DNA from: an uncultured Rhodobacteraceae bacterium
GTDB lineage: Bacteria; Pseudomonadota; Alphaproteobacteria; Rhodobacterales; Rhodobacteraceae
Length of the DNA: 64,000 bases
NCBI GenBank assembly: GCA_947496535.1
Contig: CANMDE010000009.1
Location: 15,812 to 79,811, forward strand
Reading direction: 5' to 3'
Shown: positions 47,111 to 57,500 of the stretch, one piece after another
How positions within the stretch are numbered: the first letter of the stretch is position 1
How the letters are laid out: every line of letters starts with the position of its first letter
Translations under genes and position numbers: made by a program
Notes under the pieces: model-generated
The model's input: only the letters and a program-made list of their open reading frames with translations
The model's database searches: none
Told to the model about the DNA's origin: nothing

Positions 47111-49270
47111 TCAGGAGATAGCGTTCTCAAAGCTACTGCGGAAAATCGCGGCGAGGTCGGCAAGTGGTGCGCTTTGACTTCCGAATGTGATCTGATCTCC
47201 ACCTACTTTGCCTACGGTGGCGAGAGTGACGCCGCTTTTGTTGGCGGCGATCATGAGGGCTTCGGCCTGATCAAAGTTGCACGCGATGAGGTAGCGGGCT
47301 TGATCTTCGCCAAAGAGGGTCGGTGTGTCTTCGACATCCAGGGTGATGCCGACGCAGGCCTGTTCGGCGAGTTCGAATGCCGCGAGACCGAGACCTCCGT
47401 CGCTGAGGTCTGTGCAGGCTTTGATGTAAGTGTGGTTAGCCCGGATGAATTCGCCGTTTTCTTTTTCGGTGTTGAGGTCGACGGGGGGCGCGTCGCCTTC
47501 GTTGCGTCCATATACCTCGGCCAAGAGGGCAGATTGGCCGAGATGGCCTGCTGTTTCACCAAGTAGCAGGAGGACGTGACCCTCGCGAATGTCGCCGGTG
47601 ATCATGTGGTCGGGCTGCTGAATGATCCCGACTGCCCCGATTGTCGGCGTGGGAAGGATGCCTTTGCCGTCGGTTTCGTTGTAAAGTGACACGTTGCCGG
47701 AGACGATGGGCATGTCCAGTGCCTGGACGGCTTCGCCGATGCCCTGGATTGCGCCCACGAATTGCCCCATGATTTCTGGCTTTTCGGGGTTGCCGAAGTT
47801 CATGTTGTCGGTTGTTGCCAGGGGTGTTGCGCCGACGGCGGTCAGGTTGCGGTAGGCTTCGGCTACGGCCTGTTTACCGCCTTCGACGGGGTTGGCCTTG
47901 ACGTAGCGGGGTGTCACGTCGCTGGTGAATGCGAGAGACTTTTGGGTGCCGTGCACCCGAATGATGCCGGAGCCAGCGCCTGGCGTGCGTGCTGTGTCGC
48001 CCATGACCTGCTGGTCGTATTGTTCATAGACCCATTGCTTGCCAGCATAATTCGGGCTGCTGATCAGTGCTTTCAGCCCGTCGATAGGGTGGACGCCTGG
48101 CACGTCGCCCAATAGTTCGGGAACTGGCGTGGGTTCCCATGGCCGGTCGTATTCGGGTGCTGAGCCCGATAGAGTGGCCAGCGGCAGGTCTGCTTTGATC
48201 TCGCCGTTATGTTCGACGAGGAAGCGATCTTCGGCGATTGTCTGGCCCACGATGGCGAAGTCGAGGTCCCATTTTTCGAACACGGCGCGGGCTTCGGCCT
48301 CAAGCTCTGGTTTGAGGACCATGAGCATGCGTTCTTGGGATTCCGACAGCATCATTTCGTAGGCGGTCATGTTATCTTCGCGTTGGGGGACGGCGTTGAG
48401 GTTCAGTTTGACGCCCAGCCCGCCCTTGTCGCCCATTTCGACCGCTGAGCAGGTGAGGCCCGCGGCGCCCATGTCCTGAATGGAGATCACGGCACCTGTG
48501 GCCATGAGTTCCAGCGTGGCTTCCATCAGGCGCTTTTCGGTAAACGGGTCGCCCACCTGTACTGTGGGGCGTTTTTCCTCAATCGTGTCATCGAATTCGG
48601 CGCTGGCCATGGTGGCCCCGCCGACGCCATCGCGCCCGGTTTTGGCCCCGAGATACACGACAGGCATGCCGATGCCTGAAGCGGCAGAGTAGAAGATCTT
48701 GTCTGTGTCGGCGAGGCCAGCGGCGAAAGCATTCACCAGGCAATTGCCGTTATACGCCGGATCAAAGCGGACTTCGCCGCCAATAGTGGGTACGCCGAAG
48801 CAGTTGCCGTAGCCACCGATCCCTTCAACGACGCCGTTTACTAGCTGTTTGGTTTTTGGATGGTCTGTTTCGCCGAAGCTGAGCGAGTTCATGGCGGCGA
48901 TAGGCCGGGCACCCATAGTGAAGACGTCCCGCAGGATGCCGCCAACACCGGTGGCGGCACCTTGATAAGGTTCGATGTAGCTGGGGTGGTTGTGGCTTTC
49001 CATCTTGAAGACCACGGCCTGCCCATCACCGATGTCCACGACACCTGCATTTTCGCCTGGGCCGCAGATAACTTGGGGGCCTTTCGTCGGCAGGGTGCGC
49101 AGCCATTTCTTGGAAGACTTGTAGGAGCAGTGTTCGTTCCACATCGCCGAAAAGATGCCGAGTTCGGTGAAGGACGGTTCACGACCGATGATCTGGAGGA
49201 TGCGGTCATATTCATCGGGCTTGAGCCCGTGGGCCGCTATCAGTTCTTCTGTGATCTGTGGTTCTTGCAT
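47111..49270 (-). CDS. purL: phosphoribosylformylglycinamidine synthase subunit PurL
   Basis: [21 protein letters not shown] and further typical motifs. ATG 49270 ([10 protein letters not shown]) gives the normal ~719 aa. The track extension to 49465 runs through a terminator hairpin. Confidence 0.95.
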   Translation of the reverse strand: MQEPQITEELIAAHGLKPDEYDRILQIIGREPSFTELGIFSAMWNEHCSYKSSKKWLRTLPTKGPQVICGPGENAGVVDIGDGQAVVFKMESHNHPSYIEPYQGAATGVGGILRDVFTMGARPIAAMNSLSFGETDHPKTKQLVNGVVEGIGGYGNCFGVPTIGGEVRFDPAYNGNCLVNAFAAGLADTDKIFYSAASGIGMPVVYLGAKTGRDGVGGATMASAEFDDTIEEKRPTVQVGDPFTEKRLMEATLELMATGAVISIQDMGAAGLTCSAVEMGDKGGLGVKLNLNAVPQREDNMTAYEMMLSESQERMLMVLKPELEAEARAVFEKWDLDFAIVGQTIAEDRFLVEHNGEIKADLPLATLSGSAPEYDRPWEPTPVPELLGDVPGVHPIDGLKALISSPNYAGKQWVYEQYDQQVMGDTARTPGAGSGIIRVHGTQKSLAFTSDVTPRYVKANPVEGGKQAVAEAYRNLTAVGATPLATTDNMNFGNPEKPEIMGQFVGAIQGIGEAVQALDMPIVSGNVSLYNETDGKGILPTPTIGAVGIIQQPDHMITGDIREGHVLLLLGETAGHLGQSALLAEVYGRNEGDAPPVDLNTEKENGEFIRANHTYIKACTDLSDGGLGLAAFELAEQACVGITLDVEDTPTLFGEDQARYLIACNFDQAEALMIAANKSGVTLATVGKVGGDQITFGSQSAPLADLAAIFRSSFENAIS

Positions 49271-49405
49271 CGCGTCTGGTGTCCCCGCCGTGGTTGGGCT
49301 GTCTTTACGCGATGCTTTGTCGGGGGAAAAGGCGCAAAAGAACCGATATAGACTGTGTGGGATGGCGTTTACGGCGATGTCGCCTTGAAAGGACGGACGG
49401 GAGAT

Positions 49406-49432
49406 AAAAAAATGCCGGGCGCGAGGCCCGGC
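49406..49432 (-). terminator. orphan intrinsic terminator (minus strand) upstream of purL
   Basis: Minus strand: GCCGGGC-ctcgc-GCCCGGC, then A, then TTTTTTT. No protein gene ends here. Confidence 0.7.
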
Positions 49433-49560
49433 GAAGTCCAACAGGGAGGTGAACAAAGGACGCAAACTATGCGTCTTTCATTCAATGGTCGAAATAGGAT
49501 GCAGTATTGGCGCTTTCAAGGGGAAACGCTGATATCTCGACGCATGGCTGATATGCGCTG
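49406..49560 (-). ncRNA. candidate trans-acting sRNA (5' end unknown)
   Basis: Reading 5' to 3' on the minus strand there are three parts. First a 9-bp hairpin (49456-49478). Then a single-stranded GUUCACCUCCCUGUUGG with the anti-SD-like CCUCCC (complement of 49444-49449). Then the terminator. Minus-strand ORFs here are His/Arg/Ser-rich and unconvincing. Confidence 0.3.
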
Positions 49561-49746
49561 ATGGCATACCACTCGCTCTATGGTTTTTGGCGGCCATTTC
49601 TATACGCCTTTGGCTGCGCTGATTGCTGATTGGCCGATTTGCGCGCAAGTGCAGGTCGGATTTACCGCCGACTTGGATTTGATGTGTTCTCATGCATGGT
49701 TGGCCAGAGCGATGGTATTTTGATGATTGCATTTGAGGTCCTAGAT

Positions 49747-51285
49747 ATGAAAGTCGATGTTAACGAGCAGCATATTGCGATTATTGGGGCCGGCGTATCC
49801 GGAATTGCGGCTGCCAAGACGTGGAAGCAATGTGGTTATCGCGTCACTGTATATGAGGCGTCTGACGCGCCGGGTGGGCATTGGGCCCAAGCATATCCGG
49901 GTGTGACTTTGCAAAATACTGCGCCGCAGTATCAGTTCAGCGATTACCCATGGCCGTTCAAACCGGACCGACATCCAACTGGTGAGCAGATCATGCGATA
50001 CCTCGATATGGCGGTGGCGCATTATGACCTTGATATTCGCTATAACCACACTTTGTCCCAGATGGAGCGGTTGGCTGATGGTTGGCATCTCGTTTTTGCC
50101 GACCGCGAAAGCATCGAGTGCGCGTATGTTGTCATTGCGACCGGGCAATATCCGGCGGGCGGGCAAAAGCTGATCCCAAATTTTGCGGGGATGGATCAAT
50201 ATAAGGGCAAGGTGAAAACGTCGATTGGCTCGCTTGATGAGTTTGATGGTCACGACGTTGCCGTCATTGGATTTGGAAAGACGGCGCTTGATTTTACTTC
50301 TTGGAGCGCTGAGCGGGCCGCTTCGACCACCCATGTTTTCCGTACGCCGCGTTGGACAATTCCAGACCATCTGCTTGGAATAGACTTCACCCGCGCCTTC
50401 TTTGCGCGTTTTGGCAGCGATATGATGCCATCATGGTGTTATAGTTCAAAGCCGCAGGCGTTTCTGCATAACCGGTTGAGCGGCGTTGTCCGTGGGTTTT
50501 GGTCTTTCATCGCAACGCTCTTTCAATATCAGCATCGTCGCAATGCCAAGCTGGGTTCAATTGATGCGTCGGTGCTGGACCCGGTGATGCCGCCGAAACC
50601 GCAGTTTGTTCCCGATCTGCGTAGTGCTACCGCGCTAGCCCCGGGGAGATATTATGAGCATGTTGCCCATGGGCGGATTACACCAAAACAGGAAGCTGTT
50701 GCATCCTTTAACGAGGACGGCGTTGTGTTGGCCAATGGTGAAACGGTCGCTGCTGATCTAGTTATGGTCTGCTGTGGTAGCGAAACGCCTGTTTTCGATT
50801 ATTTGCCAGAGCCTTATCGTTCATGTCTGTCTTCTCAGGACGGGGGGCCGGTTCTTTATCGCCACCTGATCGATCCTCGGGTTCCGGATGTCGGTTTTGC
50901 CGGCTATAACCACGGCTTCCTACATATCGCTTTGTGCGAGGTCGGTAGTTTATGGCAGATAGCGGCCCACCGGGGCGATCTGACATTGCCGACCGAAGCG
51001 GAGATGTCGATCTCTGCCAGACGGGTTACTGCTTGGAAAGACGAACACTGCTCTTATGAGCCGACGCGCAATATGGCCGTCAGTACCCGGTATCAGCAGC
51101 ATTTGGACATTCTGATGCGTGACTTAGGACTGTCGCAGTGGCGCAAGTTGCCCAACTTGCCGGCCGAGATATTCGCCAGATATGACCCCACAGATTACAA
51201 TGGCATTGCTGACCAGTTTTTGGCTGAAAGTGCCAAGCGACGTGCTGAAGGGAAAACGCAGACGGTTTGGCCTGCTGACGCCTGA
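49747..51285 (+). CDS. class-B flavoprotein monooxygenase (FMO/BVMO-like NAD(P)/FAD oxidoreductase)
   Basis: IAIIGAGVSGIAAA FAD dinucleotide motif, GGHW, a second dinucleotide motif VAVIGFGKTALD, and ATGQ. 512 aa from ATG 49747. Confidence 0.78.
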   Translation: MKVDVNEQHIAIIGAGVSGIAAAKTWKQCGYRVTVYEASDAPGGHWAQAYPGVTLQNTAPQYQFSDYPWPFKPDRHPTGEQIMRYLDMAVAHYDLDIRYNHTLSQMERLADGWHLVFADRESIECAYVVIATGQYPAGGQKLIPNFAGMDQYKGKVKTSIGSLDEFDGHDVAVIGFGKTALDFTSWSAERAASTTHVFRTPRWTIPDHLLGIDFTRAFFARFGSDMMPSWCYSSKPQAFLHNRLSGVVRGFWSFIATLFQYQHRRNAKLGSIDASVLDPVMPPKPQFVPDLRSATALAPGRYYEHVAHGRITPKQEAVASFNEDGVVLANGETVAADLVMVCCGSETPVFDYLPEPYRSCLSSQDGGPVLYRHLIDPRVPDVGFAGYNHGFLHIALCEVGSLWQIAAHRGDLTLPTEAEMSISARRVTAWKDEHCSYEPTRNMAVSTRYQQHLDILMRDLGLSQWRKLPNLPAEIFARYDPTDYNGIADQFLAESAKRRAEGKTQTVWPADA

Positions 51286-51472
51286 ATTGGGCCATTTTGA
51301 TATTTCATAGTCAGGAAAACCCGTCCTTGGTGTAGCTAGCCGGTTTTCCATGATTGTGATACTCTCACCCCTATAGATTTGAGCAACGGCGCTTTTTTTG
51401 CGCTATCAATTCTGATTGTTGCCCGGTTTTTTGAGGGCTTTTTGCGACGTATTTTGTCGAGGAATTTTTGAT

Positions 51473-53518
51473 ATGGCACGACACCTTGTTTTGATGGTGC
51501 ATGGTATTGGCGAACAGCATCCGGGCGATACAGTTGATGAGTTTGTTGGTGCGGCCTGTTCTGAACTGGACGTGGTTCTGCCTGTCGATAGCGGGAAGGT
51601 TCTTCTTTCAGAATTGGACACGCACAGGCCCACGGATCAGACGGCCCCGAAACCGCGGCAAAGGATGCGCTTGTTTCCATGTCATACCCGCCGCGTCGCC
51701 ACCAAAGCCGGTGATGAGGTGCAGTTTGCCGAGGTGTTTTGGGCCGATTTGTCCCGCGCACCAAGAGGTGCCATTCAGACAGCCGTTGATCTGATGCATG
51801 TCATTTTCGGGTTGGGCTACATTGCTTTGGACAATGTCGAGAAGAACAGCGCATTTCGACACCCTTGGATAGCAAGCGGTGTTCATGCTTTCGTGTGGCT
51901 ATTTTATACGATGATCGCGCCGATCAATGCGATCCTTTTCATTGGTGCATTGGCACTTTTGGCTGACCCTTATGTCATTGAAATTGGCCCGGACGGTGTG
52001 CCTGGTGCAACTATCATCATAGGTGTTGGCCTTTTTGCAGCGGCTGGCGCGTGGTTGATGCGTCAGCGCGTCAATACTTATCTGACCCGATCCATTCGGT
52101 TCGGCTTGTGTTTTTTTGGTTGGTTGAGTGTTGTGATCGGGGTTATGGCGTCGCTGCCAGGCAATTCAATCGGGCCCGCGATGTTGCGCACAATTTGCGC
52201 GGTGGTGGCCCCACTGGATCGCGAGGCCAATCTGGCCACTCTGGAAGGCAATAATATCCTGAGTTGCTATGTTGGGGCCGGCGTTTTTTGGCTGAATGTC
52301 TTTGGGCTGATTGGTGTTCTGCTTTTGCTGGGGCTGACCACTGCTTCGGTAATTGTGTCGGTGAATGCGTGGTGGACTGGCCGCAGACAAGCCTTCTTTC
52401 AGGACTTCACGAGGAAACGGTCGATATATCTGGCCGCCTGTGCGGCTCTGATGGTTTTGGCGACGTTTTTTATCATTGGTTTCTGGGTCGCGTTCGAAGA
52501 TATGGTTGATCGCCTGGAGGGTGATGCGCCGATACTTTTGGGGCAAGTTTTTGAGCGGCACTTTGGATTGGCGACTTTGACATTCGGCTATATCTTTGTG
52601 GCTGCCCTTTGGTTTGTCGTCGTTGCTGTCGTTCTGGTCGCCCGGCGGTTCTGGAAGGCCAAGCAGCAAACCCGCGCGGGGCGGTTTGAGGCCAATTATG
52701 ACCGTTTGATTGCTAATTGCCTGCTGACTATCGGTTTGCCAGTCTTTGTTGCTTTCATCGCTGTGGGTGCGGTTTACGCTGGTGCAACCTGGGCGCTGGA
52801 TCATACTGATTTGCCCGCCGGGCCGCTTTATGACGCTTTGTCAGATATCCGAAACCGTCTTGATTGGATTCATGGTCCGATTGATCGGATTACCAATTGG
52901 GCGCTTGTGATTGTCGGCGTGCTGACTGTTATCATGATGCGGTATTCGGATATCATTGGCGCAGGTTTGGGTGTGGCCCGGGACATTGCTGTCTACTCCA
53001 CACGGTCGCGTGCTGCGGCCCCTGACGAAACCATAACAGGCACCCGCAGAGGCAGCCGGTACGTGTTTCGTGAACGTATCGAAGCCCGGTTTGCCGCTGT
53101 TGTTGATGCCTTTGCGACGCCGGGTGCGTGGGACAGTATTGCGGTGGTTTCGCATTCGCAGGGAACGGTGATTGCGTCACGCGGCTTGCGCCGCGGTCCG
53201 GTTTTGGAGCCAAAGCCCACACTGGTTACGATGGGATCGCCCTTGGCCCACATCTATTGCCATTACTTCGATCAAGAATTCTGCGCGTCGACGCCGATGG
53301 CAGATAAGATCAAAGCCTGGTTGAATATCTTCCGTTGCGACGATTATGTTGGCACATATGTCAACGACTATGACGATTTGTTATGGAACCACAGCCCCTT
53401 ACCAGTCGGCGGGCATCAGGGATACTGGAGCGACAGGCGCGTTTGGGATGCTTTCAAAGAACGGCATCGCGACGATCCCGAATTTAATCTACCGGGCTAT
53501 GATCCACCGCTTCCCTGA
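51473..53518 (+). CDS. polytopic membrane protein with split serine-hydrolase (alpha/beta) motifs
   Basis: GAGGA RBS 9 nt before ATG 51473. N-terminal LVLMVHGIGEQ. About 10 hydrophobic helices in the middle. C-terminal IAVVSHSQGTVIA (SHSQG at 53150-53164), VTMGSPL, CDDYVG and GGHQGYW. Confidence 0.7.
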   Translation: MARHLVLMVHGIGEQHPGDTVDEFVGAACSELDVVLPVDSGKVLLSELDTHRPTDQTAPKPRQRMRLFPCHTRRVATKAGDEVQFAEVFWADLSRAPRGAIQTAVDLMHVIFGLGYIALDNVEKNSAFRHPWIASGVHAFVWLFYTMIAPINAILFIGALALLADPYVIEIGPDGVPGATIIIGVGLFAAAGAWLMRQRVNTYLTRSIRFGLCFFGWLSVVIGVMASLPGNSIGPAMLRTICAVVAPLDREANLATLEGNNILSCYVGAGVFWLNVFGLIGVLLLLGLTTASVIVSVNAWWTGRRQAFFQDFTRKRSIYLAACAALMVLATFFIIGFWVAFEDMVDRLEGDAPILLGQVFERHFGLATLTFGYIFVAALWFVVVAVVLVARRFWKAKQQTRAGRFEANYDRLIANCLLTIGLPVFVAFIAVGAVYAGATWALDHTDLPAGPLYDALSDIRNRLDWIHGPIDRITNWALVIVGVLTVIMMRYSDIIGAGLGVARDIAVYSTRSRAAAPDETITGTRRGSRYVFRERIEARFAAVVDAFATPGAWDSIAVVSHSQGTVIASRGLRRGPVLEPKPTLVTMGSPLAHIYCHYFDQEFCASTPMADKIKAWLNIFRCDDYVGTYVNDYDDLLWNHSPLPVGGHQGYWSDRRVWDAFKERHRDDPEFNLPGYDPPLP

Positions 53519-54401
53519 TCTTGCGCCGGTGGGCAAAGATTTCCTCTTGCACGAAATCCCGGAAAGCACTGATCCGTTTGGACTGGCGCAGCTCTTCGGG
53601 ATAGGCAAGAAATACGGGTACTTCGCCTGACTCCAGATCTGGGAGGACTCGGACAAGGTCGGGAAAATCCTCTGTCAAATAGTCTGGTAGAACACCTATT
53701 CCCAGATTGTTGAGTACCCCTTGTAGCACGCCAAAATAGTTATTGACGGTAAAGAGGCTGGGTACTTCATGTGTCATCAGATGTTGAACGAGGGTCGCAC
53801 CGGCAGCAACCTGCGTGGAGTTAGGACTTTGGCAGATCAGCCTGTGTTTTGAAATGTCCTCGATCCTTTCGATCATTCCGTATTCAGCAACATAGTTTCG
53901 AGTGGCGTAGAGCCGCATACGCACCGACATCAGTCTTTTGCGGATCAGGTCCGCCTGAGATGGTTCTTTCATACGGATGGCGACGTCGGCCTCTCGCATG
54001 GGCAGATCAAGCACTCGCTCTTCCAGCATCAGGTCTATTTTGAGATCGGGATATTGTTCGTAAAGTTTTGGAAGTCGTGGGGCCAACCAGAGCGTTCCAA
54101 AGCCGGTCGTCGTGGTGACGCGAAGTTCGCCAAAGACTTCCTCTTCGCTGTCGCGGATGCGGGCAGACGCGGCCTCGAGCCGCTTGTTCATGCTTTTGGT
54201 GGCGTCAAATAGCAATTCGCCCTGTTCCGTTAGAATCAGACCGCGTGCATGGCGGTGGAAAAGGGTGGTGTTGAGTGATTCCTCAAGCGCGCGGATTTGC
54301 CGGCTTACGGCTGATTGGGACAAGTGTAGAGTGTCTCCAGCATGAGTCAGCGACCCGGCGTCGGCTACGGCGTGAAATATTCTTAGTTTGTCCCAGTCCA
54401 T
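53484..54401 (-). CDS. LysR-family transcriptional regulator (divergent from the IOR gene)
   Basis: MDWDKLRIFHAVADAGSLTHAGDTLHLSQSAVSRQIRALE wHTH. 305 aa. Confidence 0.88.
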   Translation of the reverse strand: MDWDKLRIFHAVADAGSLTHAGDTLHLSQSAVSRQIRALEESLNTTLFHRHARGLILTEQGELLFDATKSMNKRLEAASARIRDSEEEVFGELRVTTTTGFGTLWLAPRLPKLYEQYPDLKIDLMLEERVLDLPMREADVAIRMKEPSQADLIRKRLMSVRMRLYATRNYVAEYGMIERIEDISKHRLICQSPNSTQVAAGATLVQHLMTHEVPSLFTVNNYFGVLQGVLNNLGIGVLPDYLTEDFPDLVRVLPDLESGEVPVFLAYPEELRQSKRISAFRDFVQEEIFAHRRKIREAVDHSPVD

Positions 54402-54502
54402 TTTGCCGCTCTGCCATCGTTGTTACCGCTCACATAATTAGATCATTACGCGAAATACCCGATGTGGTGCAAATACTTGTGAGCGACAATTTTCTTCTTT
54501 GT

Positions 54503-54521
54503 AGGTCAGTGAGTTTGACCT
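54503..54521. promoter_or_regulatory. LysR-type dyad AGGTCA-N7-TGACCT (contains T-N11-A)
   Basis: Perfect 6-bp arms, 30 nt upstream of the IOR ATG, in the LysR/IOR divergent spacer. Confidence 0.45.
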
Positions 54522-54550
54522 AAGCTGAAGGTGCGTTGGGAGGGCATTTG

Positions 54551-57500
54551 ATGAGCCAACATGAGATTTCGTTGAACGACCGGTACGATCTGGAAAGGAC
54601 GTCTGTGCTGTTGAATGGCACGCAGGCACTTGTCCGACTGATGTTGATGCAAAACGCCCGAGATGAACGGGCAGGTCTGAACACCGCCGGTTATGTGACG
54701 GGGTATCGTGGATCGCCGTTGGGCGCTGTTGATATGCAGATGACGCGTGCGAAAAATGTGCTGGAGCCAGCGCAGATCACCTTCCAGCCGGGACTGAACG
54801 AAGACCTTGCTGCGACGGCCTTGTGGGGCTCTCAACAAGCCGAACTGCGTGGCGAAGGTAAATATGACGGCGTTTTCGGGCTTTGGTACGGTAAAGGGCC
54901 GGGTGTTGATCGGTCCGGTGATGTGATGCGCCATGCGAATATGGCCGGGACTAGCCCCTTTGGGGGGGTGATCATGGCGATGGGCGACGATCACACCGGT
55001 GAAAGTTCTACCACATTGCACCAATCCGACTGGGCGATGGTTGATGCATATATGCCGATTGTGTCCCCTGCAGGTGTGCAGGAAATTTTGGACTACGGGC
55101 TTTATGCTTATGAATTGTCTCGCTTTGCCGGTGTTTGGGTCGGTTTGAAAACTATGAAAGATACGATTGAGGTCACTTCGGTTGTCGATGGTGATCCGCA
55201 TCGTTTGTCATTCGTCACTCCAGAGTTGGAATTGCCAGAGGGTGGTTTGAACATACGGCTGGTCGATACGCCCCAAATTCAAGAAGCGCGGATGATCGAC
55301 CACAAACGCTTTGCAGCGGAGGCATTTAGCCGGGCCAACAATATGGACCAGCGCAAATGGGGTAAGCCGGGGGCAAAGATCGGGTTTGTCGCTGCGGGCA
55401 AGAACTGGCTGGATTTGCAGCATGCCCTGTCGCTTCTGAATATTGACGAAGCTGAGGCCGAGCGGCTTGGGATCACCACCTACAAAGTGGGGCAAGTTTG
55501 GCCGCTTGACATGATGTCGTTTCATGAGTGGGCCGAGGGGCTCGATTTGATCGTCGTCGTTGAAGAAAAGCGCAAGCTGATCGAGGTGCAGGTCAAAGAG
55601 GCCATTTTCGATGACCGCAAAGGGCGTCGTGTCTATGGCTGGCATAAAGGTGACGAGCACTCAGAGGGTCGTCGCGAGGAGGTCTTTCAAACCAAGGCTG
55701 ATCTGAACCCGATTGTGATCGCCGAAAAACTGGGTGGGATTTTGCTGGAAGAAGGCTGTGGCTCCTCTGGGGTTGAGGCAGGTCTGGCCACACTGAGTGA
55801 GGCACGCCGTGCGGATAATGCGCCCGAGATTGCCGCCCGTCTTCCCTATTTCTGCTCTGGCTGTCCGCATAACTCATCCACCAAGGTGCCGGAGGGGAGC
55901 CGCGCTTATGCGGGGATTGGTTGCCATTACATGGTACAATGGATGGATCGCGACACGGTCGGCTTTACCCAAATGGGTGGTGAAGGCGCAAACTGGGTCG
56001 GGGAAGCTCCGTTCTCGACCCGCGATCACGTGTTTCAGAACCTTGGGGATGGCACGTACAATCATTCCGGCGTGCAGGCGATCCGTTTTGCCCTTATGGC
56101 CGGAACAAGTATTACCTACAAAATTCTATACAACGACGCTGTGGCAATGACCGGTGGGCAGGGTAACGATGGTGATCTGACTGCTGATCAGATTTGCCGT
56201 GAATTGCTGGCGATGGGCGTGAGAAACGTTGCTGTTGTTTATGATGAAAAGGAAGATGTTGATCTGGGGGCCTTTCCCAAGGGTCTACAGATGCATGAGC
56301 GGAAGGAACTGCCCGCTGTTCAGGAAAAATTCAGTAAATATATAGGTGTGTCGGCCATTGTTTATGTGCAGACCTGTGCGGCCGAAAAGCGTCGGCGCAG
56401 GAAGCGCGGGCAGTTTCCAGACCCTGACAAGCGTGTGTTCATAAATACCGACGTCTGCGAAGGTTGCGGTGATTGTGGTGTGCAATCCAACTGCGTGTCG
56501 ATTGTGCCGGTCGAAACCGAACTTGGTCGCAAGCGGGCGATTGATCAATCCTCTTGCAACAAGGATTATTCTTGCGTGAATGGGTTCTGTCCGTCCTTTG
56601 TGACAGTTCAGGGTGCCAAAATCCGTAAAGAAGCTACAGCCAGCGTTGATATTCCTGATTTGCCCGATCCCGACCTTCCGCAAATCAAGGGCACGCATAA
56701 TGTTGTGGTCACGGGTGTCGGTGGCACTGGCGTTGTAACCATTGGTGCGGTGATGGCGATGGCGGCCCATATCGATGGCAAAGGTGCCGGCATGATGGAA
56801 ATGGCCGGATTGGCTCAAAAAGGTGGTGCGGTTCACATCCATTGCCGGATTGCCGAAAGGCCGGAAGATGTCAGCGCGATCCGTGTGGCCACGGGGGAGT
56901 GTGATGCGCTGATCGGCGGTGATCTGGTTGTGAGCGCTGGGGCCAAAACGATTGGCCTGATGAAAACGGGAAGGACCAAGGGCGCTGTCAACTCTCATGA
57001 GATCATGACGGGCGACTTTACACGCGACACAGAATTCACGTTGCCCAGTGAGCGGTTGCGAATGTCGCTCGAAGCGCGGCTTGGTGATGGGCTGGCGATG
57101 TTTGACGCAACCGATCTGGCCAAGGCACTGTTGGGGGATAGCATCTATTCTAACATGATGATCTTTGGCGCGACCTGGCAGATGTGTGCGATCCCTTTGT
57201 CGCAGGACGCGATTGTTCAGGCGATCACGTTGAACGGCGCGGCTGTTGAGCGCAATCTTCGGGCTTTTGAGCTGGGGCGTTGGGCTTATCTGTTTCCCGA
57301 GGATGCCAATGCGTTGCTTGCCCCCAATGTTGTGCAAATGCCGAAATCATTGGATGGCGTCATTGCGTATCGGGCGGATCATCTGGTGCAGTATCAGGGT
57401 AAGCGACGGGCAAGGAGATACCGCAGGCTGATTGATCAGTTTCAGGATGAACCTTTGAAAGAGGCGGTTGCTTTAGGATACCACAAGCTGCTGTCATACA

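Noticed and set aside
49444-49561. Strong plus-strand SD-like GGGAGGTG followed by a 30-codon ORF ([14 protein letters not shown]...).
   Set aside because: The SD-to-ATG spacing is about 17 nt, too long. The peptide is Arg-rich with no features. The same bases are better explained as the complement of the CCUCCC motif of the minus-strand RNA candidate.
49406-49600. ZTP (pfl) riboswitch upstream of purL. The terminator 5' arm region CGCCGGGCC resembles the conserved CGCCUGGGC.
   Set aside because: The upstream sub-domain (GGGUCGUGAC..UGGCG..CCGGG) is absent from the minus-strand sequence, so a single 9-mer resemblance is not enough.
49600-49625. SRP (4.5S) RNA. The minus strand reads GCAGCCAAAGGC, similar to the GCAGCCAAGGC of domain IV.
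   Set aside because: The flanking GGUCCGGAAGGAAGCAGCC symmetric-loop context and the complementary strand of the helix are missing.
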